Translations under genes and position numbers: made by a program | Part shown: one piece after another, positions 42,966-52,500 of the stretch | Numbering within the stretch: position 1 is the first letter of the stretch | Layout: every line of letters begins with the position of its first letter | From: Tetramitus jugosus | Lineage: Eukaryota; Protista; Heterolobosea | DNA length: 64,000 nt | Direction of reading: 5' to 3' | NCBI GenBank assembly: GCA_937625935.1 | Contig: OW569395.1 | Span: forward strand, 186,001-250,000 | The notes under the pieces: model-generated | What the model was told of the DNA's origin: nothing | Seen by the model: only the letters and a program-made list of their open reading frames with translations | Database searches by the model: none

Positions 42966-45900
42966 TCAGACGATACTTGGCAATTTACTGTCCAATTCCT
43001 CTTTGTATTGTTTCCCTGAAGAAGACTTTTCTTCTCTAGAAGAGGGATGAATGGGAGAGTAAGAAACGTCTTCACTTTCCTGCTCGAAGTGTTGTGCATC
43101 GTCGGGGTAGTCCTTTGATAAAGTTCTTGTTTGGCTGAGGGAATCATTGAGGTAGGCCTTTTTAGGATACATCCTACTCTTTGGATTCGGAAGATGGTTG
43201 ACAAAACTCGTAAAGTTCATACTCAGAGGCTTTATCCTCATTCCAGCGATCGATCTGTTACATGAAAGACATCTATATGCTTTCTTTCCAGCGAGTCCTT
43301 CTCCACTTGTATCTTCCTTATGAGAGGAAGAGAGAACTTCGCGTATCTTTCTTAAGTCTTGTCTGGACGCTTTCTCTTCTAATAGATTTTGTAGAAGATT
43401 CATATCCTTAGCAAATAAATCTGCTGTACTATTATTCAACTGTTCAATAGAGTGAATTAATTCTTTTCTTAAACGTTCAAGCATAGTGTCTACATATTCT
43501 CTGTCAGCCTTTCTAGCAACGATGTTGGCATCAGCTTTGGTCCGTTCGAGCTTTTCAATCTGCTCTGTTTTTTCACCTGTTTGCTTCACTAGTTCTAATT
43601 TATCTGCCTTTTGTTTGGACATTTGTTGGATGGTTGAGGCTTGTTTGTTGATCGCTTCTTTCAAGCGAATGATATCATCACCCTCCAGAGTTATTTGTCC
43701 TCCATGGGACTTCTCGATGTTATCACCCAATGCAAACATCCCATCAGGATTGGAGTTGGTCATTGATTCTTGAGTCATTCTCTCTATAAGAGAGGATACT
43801 TCTTCTCTATCTGCTTTCCTCCTTACTTTTAATTCTAACTCCTTCAGTTGATCGAGGTTTACAACTGTTTCAGAGTTTGCCTTTCCTTGAATATCGTCGT
43901 CCAGTTGGTCAAGTCTTTCGAAAATTTCATCAATTTTCTGTTGTATTATATTCATTAGATCTTGCTCGGCTTTACTATTAAGTTTCAACAGCAATCTTGT
44001 TTCTAGAGAACTATCAGGAGGCGTTTGTGATCTTTCATCCTCATTCTTGATCCAAGCTGCCTTAGGACTATCAAGCGGGCTGTCTTTGAATGAGTCTGAT
44101 CTTCTTGATCTCGATTTTCTAAACATGGTTTCATCGGTTTTCTTCTTCGGTGAATCTACTTGAGATAACGAGCTTCTCAGCGACGTTCTCTTGTCGATGC
44201 TGGGTACTGTTGAAGTGTTTTCTTCAGGTTTGTCTGAAGTTCTCTTCATCACTTGGTCAATATCGCTTCTCAGTTTGTTGTACAATTGATCCTTGATGCT
44301 GTCAACATATGTGACGATATCCTTGAATTTTCGGATTAACTTCTCATCCAGAGCTTGTAGCATAGTATTCAAAGAATTCAATTTTTCTTCTAAACGGTTC
44401 TCTAATTTAACTATTTCTTCTTTCAACACTTCATCAGAGACTTCTCCAACCTTAGGGTTTAGGGGTGTTCCTACTTCCTGAGGGGTTCTTTTAGATTCTG
44501 TTGATTGATCAATCATATCATCATTGAAGATTGTTACACTTGGATTTCGATCACCAGAGATAGAAACATTATTGGTGTTGAAACATGAGCTTTCCTGGTT
44601 CTCACTTGAGTCTTTGTTTTTATCATCTGAATCAGTATCCTCTTGGTAAACTCGTTTTGAGACCTCATTTAGGACTATTGGTGCTGATTGAATGGTGAGA
44701 TGAGTAGATACATGAGGATGTACTCCAGAGGTAGTTGGACTCTCGATATTCATATGCGGGATAGTCTCGTTATTATGAGTTGTCTGAGAGTTTAGGTTCT
44801 CGAACGCTCTCTCTGGCGAGTGTGTTAGCGATCTGACTTGAGTTTCTTTGGATACTTTGGCATTGGTCATGGCCGGGTCGTTGTTAGTTGCTTCTCTCAT
44901 CTCTCTTGGGATTTCTGACATTGAATTCATCCTATTCTTCAACTCGTCAATACATCTCTTGTGGTTCTCCATTTCCAAAGTTTTCGAATTCAAATCTATC
45001 TGATGTTTTGATAATGAGTGTGACATGTCCTGGTTTTGATTTTTCAGAGATGTAATTTCTTCTTCTAATTGTTTGATTCTTCTTTCGAAAGAGTCTGTAA
45101 ATGGCTCAGTAATGTCAAGGTCGGTATGAGGTACCACTAGCTTTTCTGTTGGACTGGCCTCATTGTGTTCTTCTGATTCCTTTTCCTCTTCCTTACGTTT
45201 TTCTTCTTGTTTCTCTTCGTTGGCGGTCTGGGGCTTTTCAGCTTCGATCTCACCATTTCTCAAGATTGTCTTCATGTCCTGCACTTGTTTGTGAAGATTG
45301 ATGTACTGGCTGTCTTTTTCATTCACTTCCTCACTCAACTTACTCAGTTTGCTGTCTAGATCTTGAATACTCTGGAGAATCTTCTTCATCTCATCATGAA
45401 GATCAGTATCATTTTCTTGTGAGTCTTTTGGTTTCTTGAGCTGCTTTTCAGCAATATTGCTCAGGTGTTGATTTTCATTTGATGATTCCCTTTCTTGTTG
45501 TTGAATCGTTTGGAGTAGGTCTGACAGGTTTGAACTCTTTTCGTCATTCTCTGGATCGGTCTTCTCCAGCTTTTGGTGACTGGACCCCACTGTGTCGATA
45601 TCATTCTCCTCTGTTATTTGCTTGGTTTTTTCTTTAACATTCACTTCTTCATCTTTTTCACTGTTTTCATCCTCATTCCTGTCAACTATTTTCTCAAACT
45701 CTTCTTCCCTTGGTGAATCAGAGAGAGTGCTCTCTATGGGAGTTAGTTCGTTGGGAATGTGCTTATTCTCTTCCAAGATTTCCTTTCCTTCATTTGTTAA
45801 CAATTTCTTCTTCTCTCGTGCTTCTTTCTCATTTTGCTTCATATATCGTGCATGCTCATTAATTTTGGAAATAATGCACTTTAGAAGGGCTTGCAGTGGA

Positions 45901-45968
45901 GCATAAGACACTAATGAAATATCAGAGAGCTCGGGGAGTTCATCCCAATCAAATTCTAATTCAGACAT
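42966..45968 (-). CDS. Coiled-coil protein with KAD repeats and C-terminal CLSCNR motif (QRICH2/C16orf96/DUF4795-like, probably flagellar)
   Basis: KADREEV, KADKLEL, KADREYV and KASRQDL repeats; LAGKKAYRCLSCNR. Confidence 0.6.
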   Translation of the reverse strand: MSELEFDWDELPELSDISLVSYAPLQALLKCIISKINEHARYMKQNEKEAREKKKLLTNEGKEILEENKHIPNELTPIESTLSDSPREEEFEKIVDRNEDENSEKDEEVNVKEKTKQITEENDIDTVGSSHQKLEKTDPENDEKSSNLSDLLQTIQQQERESSNENQHLSNIAEKQLKKPKDSQENDTDLHDEMKKILQSIQDLDSKLSKLSEEVNEKDSQYINLHKQVQDMKTILRNGEIEAEKPQTANEEKQEEKRKEEEKESEEHNEASPTEKLVVPHTDLDITEPFTDSFERRIKQLEEEITSLKNQNQDMSHSLSKHQIDLNSKTLEMENHKRCIDELKNRMNSMSEIPREMREATNNDPAMTNAKVSKETQVRSLTHSPERAFENLNSQTTHNNETIPHMNIESPTTSGVHPHVSTHLTIQSAPIVLNEVSKRVYQEDTDSDDKNKDSSENQESSCFNTNNVSISGDRNPSVTIFNDDMIDQSTESKRTPQEVGTPLNPKVGEVSDEVLKEEIVKLENRLEEKLNSLNTMLQALDEKLIRKFKDIVTYVDSIKDQLYNKLRSDIDQVMKRTSDKPEENTSTVPSIDKRTSLRSSLSQVDSPKKKTDETMFRKSRSRRSDSFKDSPLDSPKAAWIKNEDERSQTPPDSSLETRLLLKLNSKAEQDLMNIIQQKIDEIFERLDQLDDDIQGKANSETVVNLDQLKELELKVRRKADREEVSSLIERMTQESMTNSNPDGMFALGDNIEKSHGGQITLEGDDIIRLKEAINKQASTIQQMSKQKADKLELVKQTGEKTEQIEKLERTKADANIVARKADREYVDTMLERLRKELIHSIEQLNNSTADLFAKDMNLLQNLLEEKASRQDLRKIREVLSSSHKEDTSGEGLAGKKAYRCLSCNRSIAGMRIKPLSMNFTSFVNHLPNPKSRMYPKKAYLNDSLSQTRTLSKDYPDDAQHFEQESEDVSYSPIHPSSREEKSSSGKQYKEELDSKLPSIV

Positions 45969-46104
45969 AAGTATCGATATATTGGTCAAGATGAGAGCTG
46001 AAGATACTGCACGTTTCGAGCGCGAGGAAGCCACCGAAAATAAACGAGCATTTTTTCTCCGACTAGAGTTATGCAAATTTAGGTGATTTTTTTTTAAAAT
46101 GTCA

Positions 46105-46178
46105 GCGGTTGTAGATCAGTTGGTTAGATCGTGAGCTTAACACGCTCAAGGTCGCCGGTTCGATCCCGGTCAATCGTA
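46105..46178 (+). tRNA. tRNA-Val (AAC)
   Basis: Cloverleaf: acceptor GCGGTTG/CAATCGT, D stem GATC/GATC, anticodon stem TGAGC/GCTCA with loop TTAACAC, T arm GCCGG-TTCGATC-CCGGT. TTTT terminator at 46184-46187. Confidence 0.92.
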
Positions 46179-46234
46179 TCACCTTTTGTCGATCTTCACT
46201 CTCGCAGTGGTCATAGACGTTCCATCCGTGTGGA

Positions 46235-47187
46235 TTTTTTTTAATACAACAAATGGCGTGAGCACCACGTTGCGGAACTGTAATTTTTCTCTTGTGTGAG
46301 AGCAGGCTTGTTTGCTCTCAATTGTCTAACATGATGTGGTGCTTGCCCAGAGAAGTGGCAGGCGTACGCAACAGGACTCATCCTCTTTTGCAGAGCATCA
46401 GCAACCAGCCATGTTCTTAGAGCTTGTGAAGAGGCGATGCATCACCTCCACACATCTCCTCTTGGTGTTGTCCACAAACCGTTTAGCTTTCTGTTTGGCT
46501 ACCTCCTTCTTGATTCCACTCTTCTTGAGTCCTTTGGCCACTTGCTTAACAGCTTGGGTTTCCACCCCTAACATTCCTATCAAGTAGTCTTTACCTGACT
46601 TTCTTTGCTCGTTCATTGTTCGTCTTCCATTGCACCATTGCTGGTTATCAAACCAAATATCAACACACTGCGACTTATGCAGACCCATAGAGCTTAACCT
46701 TTTTGCGACCTCCTTTGAGAGCAAAATTCTAGCCATTCTGGCAACTGGACAATTCACAAGGCAATGCAGAACCGTCTCTTGCTCAAAATTGCACTTGGGA
46801 CACGCCGTGTCCATATCTTCCACCCCATAGAGATGCTTCACCACGGCCCTTGTGTGAAGTGTTTGGCTTTTTACTTGTGCAATGAACCACTCAAGCTTCC
46901 GATCGACCCTGAAGGGGCATTTCATGAAGGAGAAGTCTGTTGCACCTCCTAAACATGCCTTCTGAATCCACCACAATTTCTCACGACCGATCATCTCTCG
47001 ATAATGCCGAGTGAAAGCATGCCAGATCTGCTGTTTATCAATCACTTCAATATCGTCCTTGTACATCAGGATTGGCAGGGATGTAGCACAGCGGTCGTGT
47101 GTGCCGTTGCATTTTAGGAGTTCGAGGTCCTAAAGAATGTATCCGTATCTCTTCGCACTGATGCCAAAGTTACCGCTACCGCACCGG
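46235..47187 (-). mobile_element. Element B: 5'-truncated non-LTR retrotransposon (3' end of ORF2, 3' UTR, A8 tail)
   Basis: Encodes the C-terminal CCHC finger CPKCNFEQETVLHCLVNC preceded by TLHTR. T8 run on the + strand at 46235-46242; GC-richer than the host flanks. Confidence 0.8.
46398..47187 (-). pseudogene. ORF2 C-terminal fragment (zf-RVT-type CCHC); RT and endonuclease domains absent
   Basis: 222-aa ORF at 47066-46398. The frame extends upstream to the junction with one in-frame TAG near 47131. Confidence 0.75.
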
Positions 47188-47200
47188 CCGGAATCTTGTT

Positions 47201-47202
<2 letters not shown>
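47188..47202 (+). repeat. Target-site duplication, left copy CCGGAATCTTGTTGG
   Basis: Identical to 48525-48539 and abuts the T38 tract. Confidence 0.92.
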
Positions 47203-47241
<39 letters not shown>

Positions 47242-48524
47242 TTCCATACAACCAAGTGTGCGCAAGCACACGATTGCTCATTTATTGACTTGTTTTGTGA
47301 GTGACGACCCGTAGGGCGTCATTCACTCTTCTTCTCTTGTTGTCCCCGACGGTGCACCTACAGGTTGGAAGAATCACTCAGGTGAGTGTTTTGGTTGATG
47401 CTCTTCATCAAAGAGCGTAACCTTGTAGTAGGACCGCCGATGGACACAGAGCCATCTGTTGTTTTTTTCTTGTCTTGGGCCTTGTTGCTCCTCAGATCAC
47501 CCAGTGTGATCCTGGCACTCCTTTTCTTGTTGTCATTGAGTTGTGGACTCTGAATCTCCTTTTCGGAGTCATCATCCACATCCACAATGACTGGTTCGTC
47601 CTCAGTCAAACCATACCTTTTGCGTGCACTGGCCAGTGCCAATGCAGCAATTTCCTTCTTCACTCTGGCAAACACTGGAGAAGTGGCATTCACTTTCTCC
47701 AGGATTTGCTGATTTTCAGTGCTGAGCTGTGCAACAGGCACTGTTGGCAGTGGTGTTGCACTCCTTTGTTCTTCTGCCTCCATTAGATCAGGAGCAGTTC
47801 TTTGTGCAACTTCTTGTTCCGGTATTGGAACCGGTTTGTTGCCCTCTCGACCCTTTGTCTTAGCCAATTCCTTGGTGAGTTCTGTGACCTGTCGACGCAG
47901 TCCGTCAACCACCGTCAGCAGCTCCTCGTACATCTTTGTCAACCTCTTGTTGACGGCCTTGAGAGGATCATGTGGTCTCTCGACGTATCGAGTGACCGTG
48001 GCCTTTACCTTGTTCTCTCCGCTGAGCACTGCTTGTGCATAGGTTTCATCACCCATGACCACGAAAGCAGTGTCACGCTTCTTGAGCACACTGGCGACCT
48101 TTTCAGGTCCCAGTAGCTTCTTGATGTCGTCCACTGACATGTTCTTCATGCCATGGACGACCACCTTTCTTGTGCAATCAACACTGCGCTTGGGTGCAGC
48201 AGTGCTGTTGCCAATCCTCCTTTGTTTGTTGAACAAATCAACAAAGTCATAGATGCGGTCACCCTTGACCGTCACCCATGCAACAAAGCGTTGCTGGCCT
48301 TTCCTCTTGATGACCTGGACTCGGTTGAGCCAGTCACCAAACTCCTCTCCAATCTTTCTTGCCAATGCTGACTGAGAGACACCATTACCGTTGCCAGTAA
48401 TGACGACCTCTCTGTCACTTGGCCTAGAGCCTTTCCGTGCAGTGGTCCACACTGCATAACGGCTGTTGCCGTATTCCTTCACCAAATTTGTTGAATCACC
48501 AGACATGTGATTACGTTTTTTTTT
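47203..48524 (-). mobile_element. Element A: 1322-bp ORF1-only poly(A) retroelement inserted upstream of tRNA-Arg
   Basis: A38 tail (T at 47203-47240), AATAAA (47286-47281), single intact ORF, 18-nt leader and perfect 15-bp flanking direct repeats. Confidence 0.88.
47358..48506 (-). CDS. ORF1-like nucleic-acid-binding protein (382 aa): two RRM-like domains + coiled coil + basic disordered tail
   Basis: RRM-like patterns REVVITG...RFVAWVTV and RKVVVHGM...DTAFVVM; heptads LLTVVDGLRRQVTELTKELAK; no CCHC knuckle. Confidence 0.7.
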   Translation of the reverse strand: MSGDSTNLVKEYGNSRYAVWTTARKGSRPSDREVVITGNGNGVSQSALARKIGEEFGDWLNRVQVIKRKGQQRFVAWVTVKGDRIYDFVDLFNKQRRIGNSTAAPKRSVDCTRKVVVHGMKNMSVDDIKKLLGPEKVASVLKKRDTAFVVMGDETYAQAVLSGENKVKATVTRYVERPHDPLKAVNKRLTKMYEELLTVVDGLRRQVTELTKELAKTKGREGNKPVPIPEQEVAQRTAPDLMEAEEQRSATPLPTVPVAQLSTENQQILEKVNATSPVFARVKKEIAALALASARKRYGLTEDEPVIVDVDDDSEKEIQSPQLNDNKKRSARITLGDLRSNKAQDKKKTTDGSVSIGGPTTRLRSLMKSINQNTHLSDSSNL

Positions 48525-48539
48525 CCGGAATCTTGTTGG
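48525..48539 (+). repeat. Target-site duplication, right copy CCGGAATCTTGTTGG (-44 to -30 from tRNA-Arg)
   Basis: Identical to 47188-47202. Confidence 0.92.
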
Positions 48540-48568
48540 GGATGGTCGTTAATTTTCAACAATATATA

Positions 48569-48641
48569 GCCGTCGTAGCTCAGCTGGAAGAGCACTGGAC
48601 TTCTAATCCAGTGGTCGCGGGTTCGAGTCCCGTCGTCGGTA
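48569..48641 (+). tRNA. tRNA-Arg (TCT)
   Basis: Acceptor GCCGTCG/CGTCGGT (one T-T), D stem GCTC/GAGC, anticodon arm CTGGA-CTTCTAA-TCCAG, T arm GCGGG-TTCGAGT-CCCGT. T7 terminator at 48643-48649. Confidence 0.93.
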
Positions 48642-48673
48642 CTTTTTTTCCTTCGAAAGTTATGTGGTTTTAT

Positions 48674-49336
48674 TTACAACTTTTGCTTCATCTCGGCAGC
48701 TTTACTCTGTACTTCATTGGCTGCTTTGGAACCTTTCTCCTTGATTGTATTGACTGCATCTGTGGCCATGTTCTTTGCAACTTTCACTTCCTCCTTGGCC
48801 TTTTCTTGAGCTTTCTGAGCTGTCTTGACAGTCACATCTTCCGCTTTCTTTGCGACACCTTCGACCACTTCGATTCCTTCCTTGACTGTTTCTTTTGTTT
48901 TCTCCGCTCCTTCTTTGATCATGTCTTCCGCCTTGTTGATTCCCTCTTGGCCAGTTTCGACTGCTTTCTTTGCTCCCATGTGAGCCACCTTTGCACCAAT
49001 TTTCGCACCAGTCTTTGCTGCATCGTAAACCATTTCTGTGGCTCCCTTGGCCAGAGAAGCGGTTCCCTTGACCATTCCCTCTGCCATTTGAGTGGCGATC
49101 TCCGCTCCTTCCTTGGCTGCACCGAGCGCCGCCTTTGAGACTCCCTTGGCAGCGTGAGCGGAAGCTTTCACGGAGTCCTTTGCTGCTTCCCCTGCTTCCA
49201 TGACCACTTGCTTAGTGGTGGACGGAGCGGTGGAAGGAGCGGAGCGATATCTGAGATGAACAAATTCATAAGCCATAAAGGCCACTGCTATCACGATAAC
49301 AATCGAGATGATGTACTTTGTAGAAGATTGTTGCAT
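48674..49336 (-). CDS. LEA group 3-like protein with N-terminal signal/anchor
   Basis: Hydrophobic segment YIISIVIVIAVAFMAY followed by Ala/Lys/Glu/Thr-rich ~11-mer amphipathic repeats (IKEGAEKTKET, VKTAQKAQEKA). Confidence 0.65.
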   Translation of the reverse strand: MQQSSTKYIISIVIVIAVAFMAYEFVHLRYRSAPSTAPSTTKQVVMEAGEAAKDSVKASAHAAKGVSKAALGAAKEGAEIATQMAEGMVKGTASLAKGATEMVYDAAKTGAKIGAKVAHMGAKKAVETGQEGINKAEDMIKEGAEKTKETVKEGIEVVEGVAKKAEDVTVKTAQKAQEKAKEEVKVAKNMATDAVNTIKEKGSKAANEVQSKAAEMKQKL

Positions 49337-49538
49337 TGTGTGTTCTTTGGTTTCTTATGTTGTGAGAAGAACTGGGTCATGATCAACCATTGGTTAACCG
49401 TGTTTTTATATTGAGATCCAAGGTATTAAAATATCTCGATTAGGAAGGTATTTCGATCACATAAAATACTTTGTAAACTTTTTTGAATACAAAAAAACTA
49501 AAAATTTATGTTTTACGAGTCGCAACTCACATCCGTTG

Positions 49539-52500
49539 TTATGACAATCTGAGTTGTTGACTGTACTTTCGTTGAAGTTCATTGTCTCTGTCACAAAATG
49601 AGGTGAGGAACGCTTGGATGGATAGCCTCAGAGAATGGGAAGGCTTCTGCTTCGAGACCATTCTTGCAATCTTGTCCAGGAACATTAAGGCCAAATGTTT
49701 GCTGTCTGATGTCATATCCAGGCAACAAAATATGCGACAAACAAGATGAATTGTCCTCGTGGAGCAACAAGCAATGACAGATGTCATAATACTTGTTTTC
49801 TGATTCGAGATAAAGATATCGCTGGTTTGAAGGGTCTTATCTACTTGCAAGCAAATCAAAATGACATCAAATAAATGTTCGATGAGACCGGCATGAATGA
49901 GTCTAATGTGTTTGTCAGTCTCTGATTGTGCTTGTTTCATTGTTAAGATGAAAGCGTCCCTAACGCAGTTGAGCAATGGTTCTCTATTCTTCTGTACCGC
50001 TGCTTGAGTGTCTTTGGCACAATACGACCATCCTTGGACCAAGTATTCGTGAAGAGCCACACATGCGTTGTTACGGGTGAACGTTTGCTTGCTTTTTAGA
50101 CAATCAATCATCAAACAGAACATGTCTTTCTTCTCCTTGTTCATTAATTTAAAGAATGGTTTGAGAAGCATCTTATTTGCTGAGAGAGAACCAATACATC
50201 TCAAGAGTGATGGCTTATGGATTCTATCATCCTCTAAGTGTGTCTTGAATAATATAGCAAGCTCTTTCATGTAATTCTGAATAAAGAAGGCATATTTCTG
50301 CACATCATTCAATTGAATCTTTGCTATCTCACGATCAGATATGATTCCACAAGTCTCAAAGATGAATTGACTCAACTTTTCGTCAAAAGAACTGGTTTCG
50401 GGTAGAAGAAATGATGAATGCACTTTGATACACTTGATGAGAATCAACCACCAAGGATTGAGGCTATTCAAAATAAAATTCTGAATGGAACGCAATGATG
50501 TCTGATCCGTCTTCCAATTAACATCAATCAATATGTTCGACCATTCCTGGGGAAAAGTTTCACATCCTATTGCTTGTATGGTATCTGAACTTACCTGCCA
50601 ACCATCAATGAGGTTATTCGGATCAGAGGCAACTCTGATCGCATTCACTATGACAACAATGATAGATGACATGGCTGCCTTCAAGGCTGAATTTGATCGA
50701 TTCTTGCCAGCTTCCCTTCCAATAATATGGTAGTATTGATGAAATAGATAGAAGAGATTACCCTGAATGCGTTCATGGGAATTTACACAAGTTGCAAGGT
50801 TGTGCAGCACAGATATTGTGTTGCAAAATGGATTGGATTCAGTCCACTCTGAGACAGATTGCATTTGAAGTTTGACTGTACTGAACTGATGACCCAGATA
50901 CTTCAGAACAAACTTCATCGATGTTGGAACACAATCAACATCGTATAGGTCCAAATTGCTGAGTTGTGGCATTTCAGTTGGTCCAGCAATTTTCTGCCGT
51001 ATGTTTTCAAGGAGATACTTCATCAAGTACATGATATTGTTACATTGAAAATGTTCAGTCGCAACCTGGAAGGAATTTTGGAGGAATACTATGATCTGAA
51101 ATAAGAAGCCATCCAAATCTTCAATCGAAATCCTGTCATAGCTATCAATCAATGATAGCATGAATTGACCCAGCGTATTGAGATTATCGGGTGTGATAGT
51201 CTTGAAGTGATTACCCGTCAATAAACTCTCTCTATAAATGAGTCTTAAGCTCATATAAATGTGGCAAATTTTGAGTTTGACAGAAACAGTTGGTTGAGAC
51301 AAGATGTCGTATGTTACTGTTCTGTGGCAGCACCCAGATAGCACCTGATTGTTATCACACTCATAAAATAGATTGCATATTGCTTTTTCAATTGCTTTTA
51401 ACCTATACTGAACTCTGTTGGCATTCGTGATCAAATTATCAGCTGATAGCATAAACCTTCTGAGCATGACAGGATATTCTTTGATTAACTTTTGACAAAC
51501 GTCTGATGTGGCTTTTGTGAGCAAAACTAGAACCAATTGGTCAACTGGATGATCAATCGCCATGTTGCTCCACAATGGATTGTTTGCATTGGGATCGTCT
51601 TCCATAATATTGACCAATAGTTGATTTGTGCTTCTCTTTTCTACCGGATCAGGAGACGGAACACCCATTTGAATCCAATTCTTTAAATATTGTGCACAAT
51701 TCAGAGCAGATAGATCTTTTAAACTCTGCTTGACTTGCTTATCGATCAATTGATCCAACAAATTGAGATCGCACTCTTCTTGAGCCGCAGCAGTCACAAA
51801 CACATCAAGAACTGACTTGTTGCACCCTTTCATTTCATGGAACAACACATCAAAACAATCACGTAAGACAGAGTTGACATCTGTCTTGATCCGAAGCCAT
51901 TTTCGCATCCATTCGATGCGATCCTCCTCTCGCACCAATCTCTGAGCAAAGTAAAGAATCATTTTGGCCCATTCACTATCATCATTAGTATTGGTGTTCC
52001 CTCCTTGTTCTTCTTTTGGAAATGGTGGTTTCTCCATAATCAGTTGAATCATGAGGAGAGACCTCGACTGCACCCAATTACCACAATTCTCAAGCAACCG
52101 CAAATACACATCAGGAACAGAATAGTTTGGCATGGAGCTATCATCACCACCATCATATGCACATGGATACACATAAATGAGGCTCAACAGTGAAGAACTA
52201 GAATGATAGCTATAATCACTCCTCATTCTTCCTGCACTATCCATTTGAAAAGGTTCATTTGTATCCAGAGAATTGTTGGACGATGAGTGATAATGCCTAC
52301 TATTATTGATGTTGTTGTTGTTTGATGGCAATGCTAGTGCATCCACTACACACCTAGAACAACGATACAACAATTGAATCAACTGTTCATCACTGAGACA
52401 CTCAAACGTGAGTGATTGAAGCTTAGGATTCACAACACACTGAAACCATGATTCCAACTGTGCAGCGGATCGTAAATGGTGCAAAAATTGGCGCCATTTT

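Noticed and set aside
46220-46234. Possible left TSD for element B (CCGTGTGGA vs CCGGAATCTTGTTGG)
   Set aside because: Similarity too weak to call; B has no demonstrable TSD.
48437-49138. 233-aa + strand ORF
   Set aside because: Runs through the tRNA-Arg gene and antisense to the LEA-like gene; a shadow ORF.
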